Source: the human T2T-CHM13v2.0 reference genome, Homo sapiens
Assembly (NCBI RefSeq): GCF_009914755.1
Contig: NC_060933.1
Reading direction: 5' to 3' (one strand)
DNA: 64,000 bases
Below the pieces are notes generated by a model, which was not told where the DNA came from, searched no databases, and worked only from the letters and a program-made list of their open reading frames with translations. A program made the translations under genes and the position numbers. Positions 17,571 to 33,102 of this stretch are shown piece after piece; the first letter of the stretch is position 1; each line of letters begins with the position of its first letter.

Positions 17571-18780
17571 ACCACAATTATTCTTGAGCCTCTATTTTTG
17601 CCACATGTTTTCCTGAATACTTGTATGCCTGACATTCCCCTAGCAACTTCATATGTATTACTAACTTAGTCTTTATCAAATATATATCAGATGAGGACTT
17701 TTAAGACCCCACTAATAATAGATGAGGCTTGGCTATTGTAACTTAACGTGCATTTACTAGCTAGTGAGTGTTGGATCTGGGAAGGTGAAGTCAGGCCCGA
17801 TTCTAGAAGCCTGGCTTTAACCATCACCCTGTGCTACCTTTCAAAACAGATGTGATCTTGCCCTCCTGGAACACCCAATCTAGTAGGGGATATATACCAT
17901 GAGTGGGGCTATAATGAAAAAATGCAGGGTATTTAGGGAGTAGCTATGAGGGCATCTAACCTGTGTTCCAGGTGTTGTGTGAGGTCTCTGAAAATTCCTA
18001 AATGGAAACTGATGAATGAGCAGGAGCTGGTGAGGCTGAGGAGAAAAGGAGGAGAAAAGAAGAAAGAAAACTCATGACTTGGACATGAGTGATGAGATCT
18101 GGCTGAGGAACTGAATACAGTTCAAAGTGGCTGGAATTGAGAGCTAAGGATGTGGACCTGGAGAATGATAAGTCTGGAGAACTAGGGGTGGAGGTCTTGA
18201 GTTTGTGTCTCAACTTCCACATTTATTCACTGTTGATAGGCCTTGGGTAAGGGACTTAGTCTTCCTTAACTCCATCTCCCATATGGATAAACTGTAGCTA
18301 TACTGTCTTCACAGGACTGTGGTGAAATTGCACAAAATAATCACAGATATGAAACTACATTATTTCCTGTAGTACTTACACAACAATTAAATTGAAAGGA
18401 GATGACTGAAATTGAGCTCACTTGTTTTTCATCTGTGTTTTCACTTGTGTATAACTTTTACTACCACCTACTTTCTTCTCCAGACCTTATGGAATAAGGA
18501 ATTATATTTTTAGTTAAGTTCTGCCCATGAATTAGCCCATCCAAATGATCTTAAGCAAGTTATCTTCCAACCTAGGCCTCAGCAGTATCAAATTTAAAAT
18601 GAGGTGGTTGGACCTTAAAGCCTTCTGAGTGCTAACATTACATAATCTATGAAAGCATCCAGAGCGAGATTCCTTGGTTCAAATCCTGGCTCTCCCATGT
18701 ATATGCTGTGTGATCTTGGACAGGTTACCTAGCTTCTCTGTACCTTAATTTCCTCATCTGTAAAATTAGGATAATTGTAG

Positions 18781-19390
<610 letters not shown>

Positions 19391-21749
19391 GTTGACAATT
19401 AAATTTGTGTAAAGTGCTTATAACAGCACTTGGTCCATAGTAGGTGCTATTAAAAGGTATTTATCGTTTTTATGGCCTAGTCAAGTCACATAACATCAAT
19501 ATATGTGTACTGAATACAAGCCAGGCTCCTGTGTCATCAGAAAGCCCAAAGTAGAACATGAATGTTGGATTTCCTTCGTTAGTACTCAACAGAGAGCAAT
19601 CAGCCTAGAGACATTCATGCAGAGGTAAACTCTGGACAGCAGTGAAACTCTGGTGTGATAATGCCCCTAAGAAAACAGGAGGTTAAAAAGCACAGTCCTA
19701 AATAATAAAGAGCCACAGAGTGGTGGGGGGAAAGCTACTTGGAATTGAGCCTACTGGGGAACCTTGGTTCCTTTCAGAACACAATACTGAGTGAGAAGTC
19801 CCACGGTCAGCTAAACAATTCTCACACAAAGGAGCAGAAAATATAAACAAACCATATAGACAGGAACAACAGCATGAAATGGTCAGAAAAAAATTCTCGT
19901 AGGAGTCCAGGAGCATGCCACAGAGAGCAAGAGCTGCATGCATTTGGAGGTCTAAATGAAGCACTTGGCAACGTGAGCAGAAGCCCCACAAAGACAGCCC
20001 CCCTCACCATCCAGTCCCCTGTCTGCTCTTCCTTTATGGCTGGCTCATTTTAGTGCTCTGGAGAAAAGTGTCCCTCATGCTCATATCACAAATGTCAGCA
20101 CAGCAGTGTTGCTGTTTATATTAGAAGGATACCGACCTCTTCTAGGCACCTCAGGGCTTAGCCTACATCACTTAATATTACTAACAACCTTTGAAGGTAG
20201 GTATCATTACTTTTCAATTACACATGAGAAAACTGAGATTTGCAGAGGTGAAGCAGCTTTCAAAAAGGGTGGCAGAGGGTGGATCCAAGCCCAGGAATGT
20301 GTCTGATTCCAGCGCTCGCACTGCTGGAATGATCTACCCCGTGCTCTCTCTGGGTTTGCCCCCAGGTCATCATCTGCACCAAAGGCATTCACATACCTGA
20401 CCACCAGGGGAGTCTGTGCAAGGCACCCATGCTAGGATCCGCAGGCACAGCCCACAGCCGATGAAAGCAAGCAGGCAAACCTAAAGCCCAGGTCCTTCTG
20501 AGCATGGTTCGGAGGCATCTTTTGCCCTCACAGGGTAGTTGTCTCAGCCAGTGGCGCGCACAGCGCTTGATTAGTCTTTCTCAAACCACCATCTGAAAGC
20601 CACGGATGAGATGAGAATGAGGGCACAGCGACCAGCTGGTTCATCACAAGGTCCTCAGCAGGATCCCTATGATCCCAAGGCTTGGTCCTGGTCTGAATCT
20701 TTATAGGAATTCTTACTTTGGGGGACAGGATGTTTTGCTATTAATTTCTAATTTAGGTGCATTCTGGTCAGAGAATTTTGTTATTAACAGAGATGTGCTT
20801 TGTGGATAAACAGGCAATGTTCTGGTAAATAATGTGTATTTCAATAACTGAGCAAGGGGTTAATGAATATTCAACAGATCTCTAATAGTGTTATTAAAAT
20901 CTTCTAAATATTTCCTTAGTAATTTTCAGTCTTTTTGATTAATTTCTGAAAGTTTCCACCGTGTTCACGGATTTGTCAGTTTCTTTAATTCTGACACTTT
21001 TTGTTTCATGAGCTTTGAAATTCTGTTGTTAGATGCATATATAATTTCAGGATTACAATATCTTCCTGAACATGACACGTGAATAAAATCTAACAAGGTT
21101 TTATCAGTTAGTAGATGGTTCTGTTTTATCATTACATAATGACCATCTATATCCCTAATTTTTAGCTTTATAATAATTTTTTCTGTATAAATGTTGCAAT
21201 ACTAGCTTTATTTAGTATTAGTTTGCTATATATTTTTATATCCCTTTATTCACAATCTTATGTGCCATTATGTCGAATGTATACTTCATGAAAGAGCACA
21301 CAGTTTTATGTGTGTGTGTGTTTTAGAATTGAGATTCTAGAATCTAAGATTTTCTGATCTGAATTTGATGTGAGCTCCTGTCTTTTAACATACATTTGGC
21401 ATAATGTCTGCCACCTTATCCTATCTTTTCCACACCATGATTTTCTCTGGTCCTTTTTTTCTCATTTTATGTCTTTTGTTTCCTTATCTTCTCTCTTGCC
21501 CTCTTGTTGAGGAAAGTTAGATAGACTGTTTCTCTTCCTTTAGTGGTGATCCTTATATTGTTAACATTGGCTTAACTTAAAGCCTAAAGCTAATGCCTCC
21601 TTATGTCACAGAGTTTGGCTTTCTGCAGATTATGATATAAGTTAAGGGAATTCAGAAACTCTTGTTGCTGGAAGAAAGTTAGAAGATTTTATTCCCATAT
21701 CTTGTCCAATAAGCCAAGGGAATCAGTCAATGTTGCATGGCAAGCTTGA

Positions 21750-22100
<351 letters not shown>

Positions 22101-22522
22101 TAAGTCAAATATAAAATAATTTTCCCAGTTACATGTCAGTACTGTCCAGTTCCATAACTGTGTCAGTTCATACATATATAATTAAAAGGTAGAAGGCAAG
22201 ATATTAGATTCCATCCTTGTCTTTATTCTTCAATCTTCCAATATTTACACCATAAGTAGTAAGTCCAGCATTTTGCTCATTTTATTTGAGCAACGCATGG
22301 GGCATTCTAAAGCAATTAGAATTATTTGGAACAACAGCAACACAAAAGGACCAGGGGAAAAGCCATTTGGTAAATTTTTTTTCTCTTTCACTTTGGGGAA
22401 ACTCAGATTTCATTCATGTTTTTTTTTTCCCACTTTAAGAATACTTGGGATTGGAGAAGGATGGCAGATTCATAGTTAATATAGTTTATTGTTAGTATCA
22501 GGACTTAGTTTGATAATAGGTA

Positions 22523-22750
22523 CAGTTTGAGTGTTCCAAATCCAAAAATCTGAAATCTGAGATGCTCCAAGATCCAAAAATATTTGAGAGCCAATTTGAT
22601 GCTCAAAGGAAATGTTCATTGGAGCATTTTGGATTTCAGATTTTCTGATTTGGGATCCTTAGCTGGCATAATGCAAATATTTCAAAATGGAAAAATAAAA
22701 TCTGAAACACTTCTGGTCCTAAGTATCTGAGATAAGGGATATTCATTCTG
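22523..22750. mobile_element. Tigger4a/Zombi-like MITE (TcMar)
   Basis: ta-cagtttgagt start; internal inverted arms 22534-22570 and 22619-22655. Confidence 0.75.
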
Positions 22751-23051
22751 AACTAATCAACACAAAGTCCTCATCTCCCCAACCACTGAATAGAAAAATT
22801 GTGTATAGGCATATTGTTTGTATATATTTACACTCTTATAAAGGAAGTGACCATCCCTTTCATCAGATTCTTAGAAAGGTACATAATGTTAAGAAAGGTT
22901 AAAACGCATTAGCCACCACTGTTTTTCACCTTCCAAAAACCATCTGACACCTAGCAAGTGCCAGCCCTCATTTTCTGAGTCTCAAAGCTCAATTGCTCCT
23001 GGAGAAAATGTGTGATCCCATTTTTGGTATTTGTTTTCTCTCTTTTAAAAG

Positions 23052-23162
23052 CTTCCTTCCTACCAGCTACTTTAACTATGACTGTGGACAAGGGAGATAA
23101 CGTGAACATATCTTTCAAAAAGGTATTGATTAAAGAAGAAGATGCAGTGATTTACAAAAATG
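23052..23162 (+). CDS. TEK: TEK exon 3 (Ig2 N-terminal part), 111 nt
   Basis: ttttaaaag|CT TCC TTC CTA ... AAA AAT G|gtgag; (A)[36 protein letters not shown]. Confidence 0.97.
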
Positions 23163-24002
23163 GTGAGTATGTGTTTCATTGCTTTCCCCAGTATGATGTG
23201 AGATATCAGATAACATACAACATATTGAATCATTTTCCTATTGTGGTCTTGTGGGCAGATGTTTGAATTAAAGCTGCTATGATGCAAGCTTTCAAATTCT
23301 GTGTATGATAGAAGCCCTCTTAGGTGACATATTTGGTTACTTAAGGATATTAAAGTGGAATTCATATATATGAATGTACATGGTGTATGTACATACAATA
23401 AAACCCCATCATAATGTGAGATCCCAACTTCAGCCATATAAAGTGTGAGTTTCTTTGATTGTGACATTGTTGATTGCAAGGTTTAGGAAATTACCACAGT
23501 AAACATGGGAAGCCAATTGTTAGCAGTTCTGGCAGTCCAACTGTGTAATCCAAATGTGTCTAGGTCCTAGCTATGGTTTCGTACCACCCAGTGTCAGTTG
23601 CCTGATCCAGCTGGAATATTGATGGGGATCATTCTGAAGTCTGTGAGTGGATAGGACTTCCAGATTGGAGTAGCGATTATAGATATCTCCTGGTTAATTG
23701 GTTAGTTGACAGGGTTACCTATCATTTTTCACCTAACTTTGCCTGCCAACTATGTTCGCCTCTCCCTGTAGAATGTAAGAACTTAGACCACCCCCATCTT
23801 CATGTGTTTGGTGGTAGATCCCACAGACTAACCTATCTGTTCTATCACTATGACTTTCTTGACTATTGAGAGAGTACTGAATAGTTCAGCATTTTCATTC
23901 TTCTCCCACATCCAATATGTGAGAGCACATTTTCTTGACCATGTCAGGGAAAGCTAATTAAGTGGAGAAACCAGACAAGGAAGCAGGTATGTTTCAGTGT
24001 GA

Positions 24003-24191
<189 letters not shown>

Positions 24192-24307
24192 TGATGGAGA
24201 GGCCACCATTTGTGATGGTGTAGTTGTTAGGTTGTTAGGATTTTTAGTTGCAAATAACAGAAACTAACCATGGCTTCTTAAGCAAAAACCAGGCATTGGT
24301 TGGAGGT

Positions 24308-24865
24308 TGTATTAGTCTGTTCTTATGCTGCAAAGCAAATGAATAAGAGATAGCAATCATTAGAGGAATGACAGAGAAACCCAGGTATTTAGACCTGAAG
24401 ACTTAAATATTTAATATTACAAATACTTGATACAGCTGGGGAAAACTCAGGGCAAATCATTTTCTTTTCTCAGGGCAAATCATTTCTAATTTCACATGCT
24501 CTTTATTGAGACATACCTGAGACTGGGTAATTTATTAAGGGAAGAGGTTTAATTGACTCACAGTTCAATATGGCTGGGGAGACATCAGGAAATTTACAAT
24601 CATGGCAAAAGAGGAAGCAAACACATCCTTCTTCACATGGCGGCAGGAGAGAGAAGAATGAGAGTGAAGGAGAGGGGGAAGCACCATATTAAACCATCAA
24701 ATCTCATGAGAACTCACTCACTATCATGTGAACAGCATGAGGGCAACTGCCTCCATGATTAAATGACCTCTTACCTCCTACTGGGTTCCTCCCACAACAC
24801 GTGGGGATTATGGGAACTACAATTCAAGATGAGATTTGGGTAGGGACACAGCCAAACCATACCAG
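24308..24865. mobile_element. THE1/MST-type solo LTR with a ~180-bp foreign interruption
   Basis: tgtattagtctgttc start; gacatacctgagactgggtaattt...caattcaagatgagatttggg...cagccaaaccatac end. Confidence 0.85.
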
Positions 24866-24913
24866 ACGGGGACACTAAGGACTCTTAATAAACTGATGGG
24901 AAAGCTGAAAAGT

Positions 24914-25178
24914 GGCTGGGTACGGTGGCTCATGCCTGTAATCTCAGCACTTTGAGAGGCCCTTTGAGCTCAAGAGTTTGAGACCAGCCTGGGCAACATG
25001 GCAAAACCCCGTCTCTACAAAAAATACAAAAATTAGCCAGGCATGGTGATGCATGCCTGTAGTTCTAGCTATTTGACAGGTTGAGGTGGGAGGATAGTTC
25101 AAGCTCGGGAGGTCGAGGCTGCAGTGGGCCAGGCTGGTTGAAAGAGCAAGACCTTGTCTCAAAAACAAAAACAAAAAC
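24914..25178 (+). mobile_element. AluJ with internal deletions
   Basis: Both arms recognisable, (CAAAAA)n tail. Confidence 0.85.
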
Positions 25179-26779
25179 TATAAAGCAAGTTCCAGAAAAG
25201 ATAAGCTTCAAGGAAGAGCTGAGGCTCAGTTGTGGTGGGTGTGGGGAGGTAAGGGAGTGGGCTTTCTCTCTAAGATGCTGCTTTTACCATGTCTCAGCTT
25301 CAGCAATGTTTCTTTCACTTCCAAATTTTGAATTTCCAGGATAAATAATCAGATTGGCCTAACATATATTAGATGTCTATCAGCCTAGACCAGTGAGCTA
25401 TAGACAAGGGTGGAGTCACGTACTACACGTTACAGGCACTAGAAGCTCACATTTGTACAGCATAATCATCCATATAAAAAGGGGGATCACAACGAGTAAA
25501 GCAGTCTCACTGAAACGTGTCTGCTCTAGGGGGATGAGTTGGACCTCTTGGGTTAGACTAACATCTGCTTAAACATTGCCTCCTGTAAATCCCACACTTC
25601 CCAGGTCATTTAACTCTTATGTGTGATTTTTATTTTCAGTTTTGAAAAATGTAAGAGTTAGAACTAGTAAAAACTTTTTTTCTCCATTATAACTATTGAA
25701 GTGGGGGCATAAATATCACCATTACATTTTCCTGTAATTTTTACAGGAACTTCACAAATAGAAAGAAAATGATTTGCCCTGAATTTTCCCCAGCTAGATC
25801 AGGTTTTCATAATATTAAATATTGAAGTCTTCAGGTCTAAATGCCTGGGCTTCTCTGTCATTCCTCTAACGATTGCCATCTCCAATTCATTTGCTTTGCG
25901 TTATGTTCCCCCATTCATTTACCAAAATGTGTTGGTCATAACTCTGTGCCAAGAATTGTGTTGGTGTTGAGAATACAGGATCATAAGATAAATCCGTGTC
26001 CTTTGGGTCATTCCCAATCAGAGTAGGCACGTGTATAATTAGCTAAATAAATATTGAAAAATGACAATAGAAGTATGAGAAGTGTGGTTCCTCTAGTTTA
26101 TGCTCCATGCTTAGCCACCTCTATGGACATAAAATATAGCAAGGTGTTTTATAGGCAGGACTATTTGGGCTTGAGTCGAGGGGAATCTTTCCACGTACCC
26201 AAGACCTATTTCCTTCTGGATGACTACTGTGCTTGACTTCTATTAAATGTCAGAGCAGCCTTTTTGTAATATGAATCTTAAAAAATATAATTTATGATGA
26301 TAGCAAAACTGCAATATTCAGCTTCTAGTAGCTTGCCTCACAGCTACCTTTACATGAAGTTTCTGTGGACTTGGGAGAAGCAAGTGACATCCCCTTTTAT
26401 TCCACTACTCAGGAGAGTCTGAATGTCAAGGAAGCAATTTGCCTTTATTTCATTTAGCTAGTTTCTCTGGAGTCTGATATAACACCATGTACTAGGTGTA
26501 CTCAGAGGGTAAATGGGGTACATCTTCTAGGAAGGTCAGACATACCTATACATGTTGATATATAGTTGTTTGAGATAGGAAAACCAAAGTGTTTTTCCTA
26601 ATCTCTGCTCTCACTGAACACAACACTTCTGACACCAATGTGCACAGATTACTACGCCACTTCTAGAATTTCTCATTCAGTAGGTCGTGGTTGGGTGGGA
26701 TCTGGGGTTTGCATTTCTAACAGATTCCCAGATGATGGGGATGCTACTGGTCAGAGACCACACTTTGAAAACCACAGCT

Positions 26780-27134
26780 CCAGCCTGTAACCATACCTGC
26801 AGCTCCCTGGACATGCCATGCTGTCTTCCCATGCCTTGTCTTTGCCTGGAAGACACTCTCCAGCCTTATCTTCTTTGCTACTTAGTTGGTCCTGCAGATT
26901 CAGCTTGCATACCATATCCTCTGGGAAGCCTTCCTTTATGCCCTCTTCTATCCACCAGACAGAGTTAGGTACTCCTTGTCTTTGTTTCTGTCGCGATTTC
27001 CTGTTTACATGTCTGTCTCCCATATTAGATGATGAGCTTTTAGAGAGCAGAGCCTGTATTTTATCTTTATTCACCATTGTCCACTGAATGACTGACACAC
27101 AGTAGGTGCTCAATAAAGATGTGTTGAGCGAATG
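26780..27134 (+). mobile_element. L2 3' end abutting the exon 5 acceptor region
   Basis: cacacagtaggtgctcaataaagatgtgttgagcgaatg matches the L2 3' terminus. Confidence 0.65.
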
Positions 27135-27172
27135 CGCTCTACTCACCACAGCCTTGTTTTCCTTAACAAAAG

Positions 27173-27304
27173 GATGTGAAGCCCAGAAGTGGGGACCTGA
27201 ATGCAACCATCTCTGTACTGCTTGTATGAACAATGGTGTCTGCCATGAAGATACTGGAGAATGCATTTGCCCTCCTGGGTTTATGGGAAGGACGTGTGAG
27301 AAGG
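27173..27304 (+). CDS. TEK: TEK exon 5 (EGF1), 132 nt
   Basis: aacaaaag|GA TGT GAA GCC ... GAG AAG G|gtaagt; (R)[43 protein letters not shown]. Confidence 0.97.
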
Positions 27305-27753
27305 GTAAGTAAAGAGACTTGATAAGTAAGCTGTGGATTTAAAAAGCCATCGTTGCTGGATCTAGAATTTTAGATCTCGACACAGATGGGAATGGACGCT
27401 AAATGGCCTCTGTTAGGTCAGATGGTACCTGTGTGTGAATTAGAAAAAGGTGCCTTTTCCTAAAGGTTCTTTAATGCCAACCACTGGAAAGTTATAATAA
27501 ATATACAGATCCGTGATGTTTACAGTGTGAATGCTGCCCCCTAGGTTTGTGCACTGCACAAACCTGCATGATTGTGAGTGATGTCCCTGATGTCTGCTCT
27601 GTGGGGCAGTTTCATTATCAGTAAAATGGGCCATAAGGGTATGTTCATCCTACCATGCCACAGCTGAGATTTGACTGTTTCCCATATTCACTAGACTAGG
27701 AGAAATGAATCTAAAGAATTATGTATTTCAAGGGGTTGCATATTTGACTCTGA

Positions 27754-27966
<213 letters not shown>

Positions 27967-28339
27967 TAAAGGAGATCCAGTTTGCTGTCAATCACAACAT
28001 CGGATATACCTGGACTGCTTAGCTACCCACTACTGGACAACAGGATTTTGAATCATGGATGTTTACATCCAATGTTAATTATACTTTCACAGTAAAAATC
28101 TAGACCGCATAGAAAGTACTTCTCATAACTATCATCTGGGGATCTTTACTAAAGCACGGATTCTGATTTGGTAGGCATGGACTGGGGCCCGAGGTTCTGC
28201 ATTTCTAACAGGCTCCCAAGTAGTTCCGATGTTACTGGTTTTCAGACCATGCTTTGAGTAGGAAGACCATAGAAGACTTGTTTTTTTTTTTTGGTTTTTT
28301 TTTTTTTTTTTTTTCAGTGAATCATAAAATCACAGCTTT

Positions 28340-28499
28340 AGCCAGGCATGGTAGCACATGCCTGTTGTCCCAGTTATTCAGGAGGCTGAGGCAGGAGGAT
28401 CCCTTGAGCCCAGGAGTTTGAAGCTGCAGTGAGCTATGATTGCACCACTACACTCCAGCCTGGGCAACAGAGTGAGACCTCGTTTAAAAAAAAAAAAAT
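28340..28499 (+). mobile_element. Alu right monomer (FRAM or 5'-truncated AluJ)
   Basis: Single arm + A tail; TSD aaaatcaSagcttt on both sides. Confidence 0.85.
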
Positions 28500-28898
28500 C
28501 AAAATCAGAGCTTTTATGTCAGATCCAGACAGGATTTGGGGCTCAAAAATTGAAGAAGTTAAAATCTTACCTGCCGTGGACCTTATGCAAGTAGTACTAA
28601 CATCATCTACTCAGAGTCCCTCTGCCCTTTGTAAAATAAGCTTTCCCATTTGACCAGGCTCTGTGGAGTGCATCTGACATCCACTTTTCAGTATGCATTT
28701 CACATCTACTGTTGCATAGTAGCTCAACATGAACCTGCAGACAAATGTGACAGAACCTCCCTAATGTATATTAATACTGTGAATTAGCCAGAGCTCAAAG
28801 GCTTTTCAGTGTTTATCTCACAAAGTCAGCTTTTCCCATATCCGGCACTAAAGGTAGCTACGATGGGGTCCCAGCAACTTGATAACAATGCTCCAGGG

Positions 28899-29176
28899 CA
28901 GAGCAGTTCAGTAGAAATATAAGCCATCCACATATAGAATTTAAAATTTTCTAGTGTCCACATTAAAAAAGTGAGGAGAAATAGGTGAAATAATTTTGAT
29001 CTATTAACCCAATATGTTAAAAACATTATCAGTTCAACATGTAATCAATAGAAAAAAGTATTAATGAGATATTTTACATTCCCTTTTTCATAGTAAGTCT
29101 TTGAAATTTCAGTTTGGACTAGCTATATTTTAAGAGTTCCATAGCCACACGTGGCTAACTGTACTGGACAGCATAG
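28899..29176. mobile_element. MER33/MER3-like hAT-Charlie DNA transposon
   Basis: 8-bp TSD CTCCAGGG at 28891 and 29177; tagccacacgtggcta...actggacagc terminus. Confidence 0.75.
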
Positions 29177-29516
29177 CTCCAGGGGCTTGGAGGAGGAGGA
29201 CAAAGAGGAGAGTTACACAAAAGTAAGCTTCAGCCACCTGCAATACCTCATTCAGTTCCCTCTAAATGCTATGTCTGCCCCCCGGAACATGCAGTGAGCC
29301 ACAGCAGTGGAGAAATCCCATCTGGCCTCTGAAGTGTGTATGTTAAGGTAAAAGGTGACTCCAGGCAGGGGGCAGATCCCTTGTATTTTAAAAAAAATTA
29401 AAATGTTACGCAAACTATGAACACTTTGCTAGGACCCAGGAAGCGGTGCATGCCAGCAGTCTCTAGAACATAAACTTCATCAGCTTTGTAGTGAATGTGT
29501 CTCTGGGCCCAGGTTT

Positions 29517-30522
29517 TTTTGTTTTTTTTTTAATTCTTTTTATTATTATTATTATTATTATACTGTAAGTTTTAGGGTACATGTGCACAATGTGCAGGTT
29601 AGTTACATATGTATACATGTGCCATGCTGGTGTGCTGCACCCATCAACTCGTCATTTAGCATTAGGTATATCTCCTAATGCTATCCCTCCCCCCTCCCCC
29701 CACCCCACAACAGTCCCCAGAGTGTGATGTTCCCCTTCCTGTGTTCATGTGTTCTCACTGTTCAATTCCCATCTATGAGTGAGAACATACGGTGTTTGGT
29801 TTTTTGTCCTTGTGATAGTTTACTGAGAATGATGATTTCCAATTTCATCCATGTCCCTACAAAGGACATGAACTCATCATTTTTTATGGCTGCATAGTAT
29901 TCCATGGTGTATATGTGCCACATTTTCTTAATCCAGTCTATCATTGTTGGACATTTGGGTTGGTTCCAAGTCTTTGCTATTGTGAATAGTGCCACAATAA
30001 ACATACGTGTGCATGTGTCTTTATAGCATCATGATTTATAATCCTTTGGGTATATACCCAGTAATGGGGTGGCTGGGTAAAATGGTATTTCTAGTTCTAG
30101 ATCTCTGAGGAATCGCCACACTGACTTCCACAATGGTTGAACTAGTTTTCAGTCCCACCAACAGTGTAAAAGTGTTCCTATTTCTCCACATCCTCTCCAG
30201 CACCTGTTGTTTCCTGACTTTTTAATGATCGCCATTCTAACTGGTGTGAGATGGTATCTCATTGTGGTTTTGATTTGTATTTCTCTGATGGCCAGTGATG
30301 ATGAGCATTTTTTCATGTGTCTTTTGGCTGCATAAATGTCTTCTTTAGAGAAGTGTCTCTTCATATCCTTTGCCCACTTTTTGATGGGGTTGTTTGTTTT
30401 TTTCTTGTAAATTTGTTTGTGTTCATTGTAGATTCTGGATATTAGCCCTTTGTCAGATGAGTAGGTTGTGAAAATTTTCTCCCATTTTGTAGGTTGCCTG
30501 TTCACTCTGATGGTAGTTTCTT
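29517..30522 (-). mobile_element. 5'-truncated young L1 (L1PA2/PA3-like), ~1 kb
   Basis: ORF2 C-terminal peptide (ORF 30149-30544: [13 protein letters not shown]...[17 protein letters not shown]), 3'UTR and T tail; TSD GCCCAGGTTT at 29507 and 30523; lacks the L1HS-Ta ACA diagnostic. Confidence 0.93.
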
Positions 30523-31089
30523 GCCCAGGTTTATAAGAGTACATTTCATGAACTCATCTCAGCCCATTCCTGGCTCAAGAAATCACCAAGATTTTATGAA
30601 TAGAACTGTTCTAATATTCTTCCAGACTCCTTTCAACAATTACTATCCTGTTCATTCCATCCAAAAAGCAGTAGGAAAGCAAGGAGACATTTCTAACAGT
30701 AACTACTTAAGGACATGGTCTCCTTTAATAGTCCAGGATTTAGAATAGTCAACAATAGATTGTACACTGGCAAGTTTTATGTATCAGGGCTGGTTTCTAT
30801 CTGAGGAAATAAGCAATAATAGAAATTTTTGAAGCAAATAGTGGGGACAATAAAGAGAACAGGGGAATTCCACTGTGCAAATATGTGATAATTCAAAGTC
30901 ATTCAGAACACTTTGCCAGGAAGAAAGTTCTAGTGTATTCTAGAAACTAAAAAAATCAAGGCTTCATGATATTTTAAGGTCTTCTGCCATCCCAACAGAA
31001 ACTTGATTTCAGTAGTCAGATTTCCTTTATGCTTATTAATAGTTCTTAACCTTTCTACCATCTGCTTTGAGTAAGAAGTTGTGATTAAG

Positions 31090-33102
<2,013 letters not shown>

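Noticed and set aside
27149-27172. Upstream in-frame CAG acceptor for exon 5 (+21 nt)
   Set aside because: It lies only ~6 nt after the likely branch point (CTCAC) and before the pyrimidine tract, too close for efficient use.
29762-30544. ORFs of 80 and 131 aa as a novel or active protein
   Set aside because: L1 ORF2 C-terminal remnants of a 5'-truncated 1-kb copy with no promoter, ORF1 or RT.
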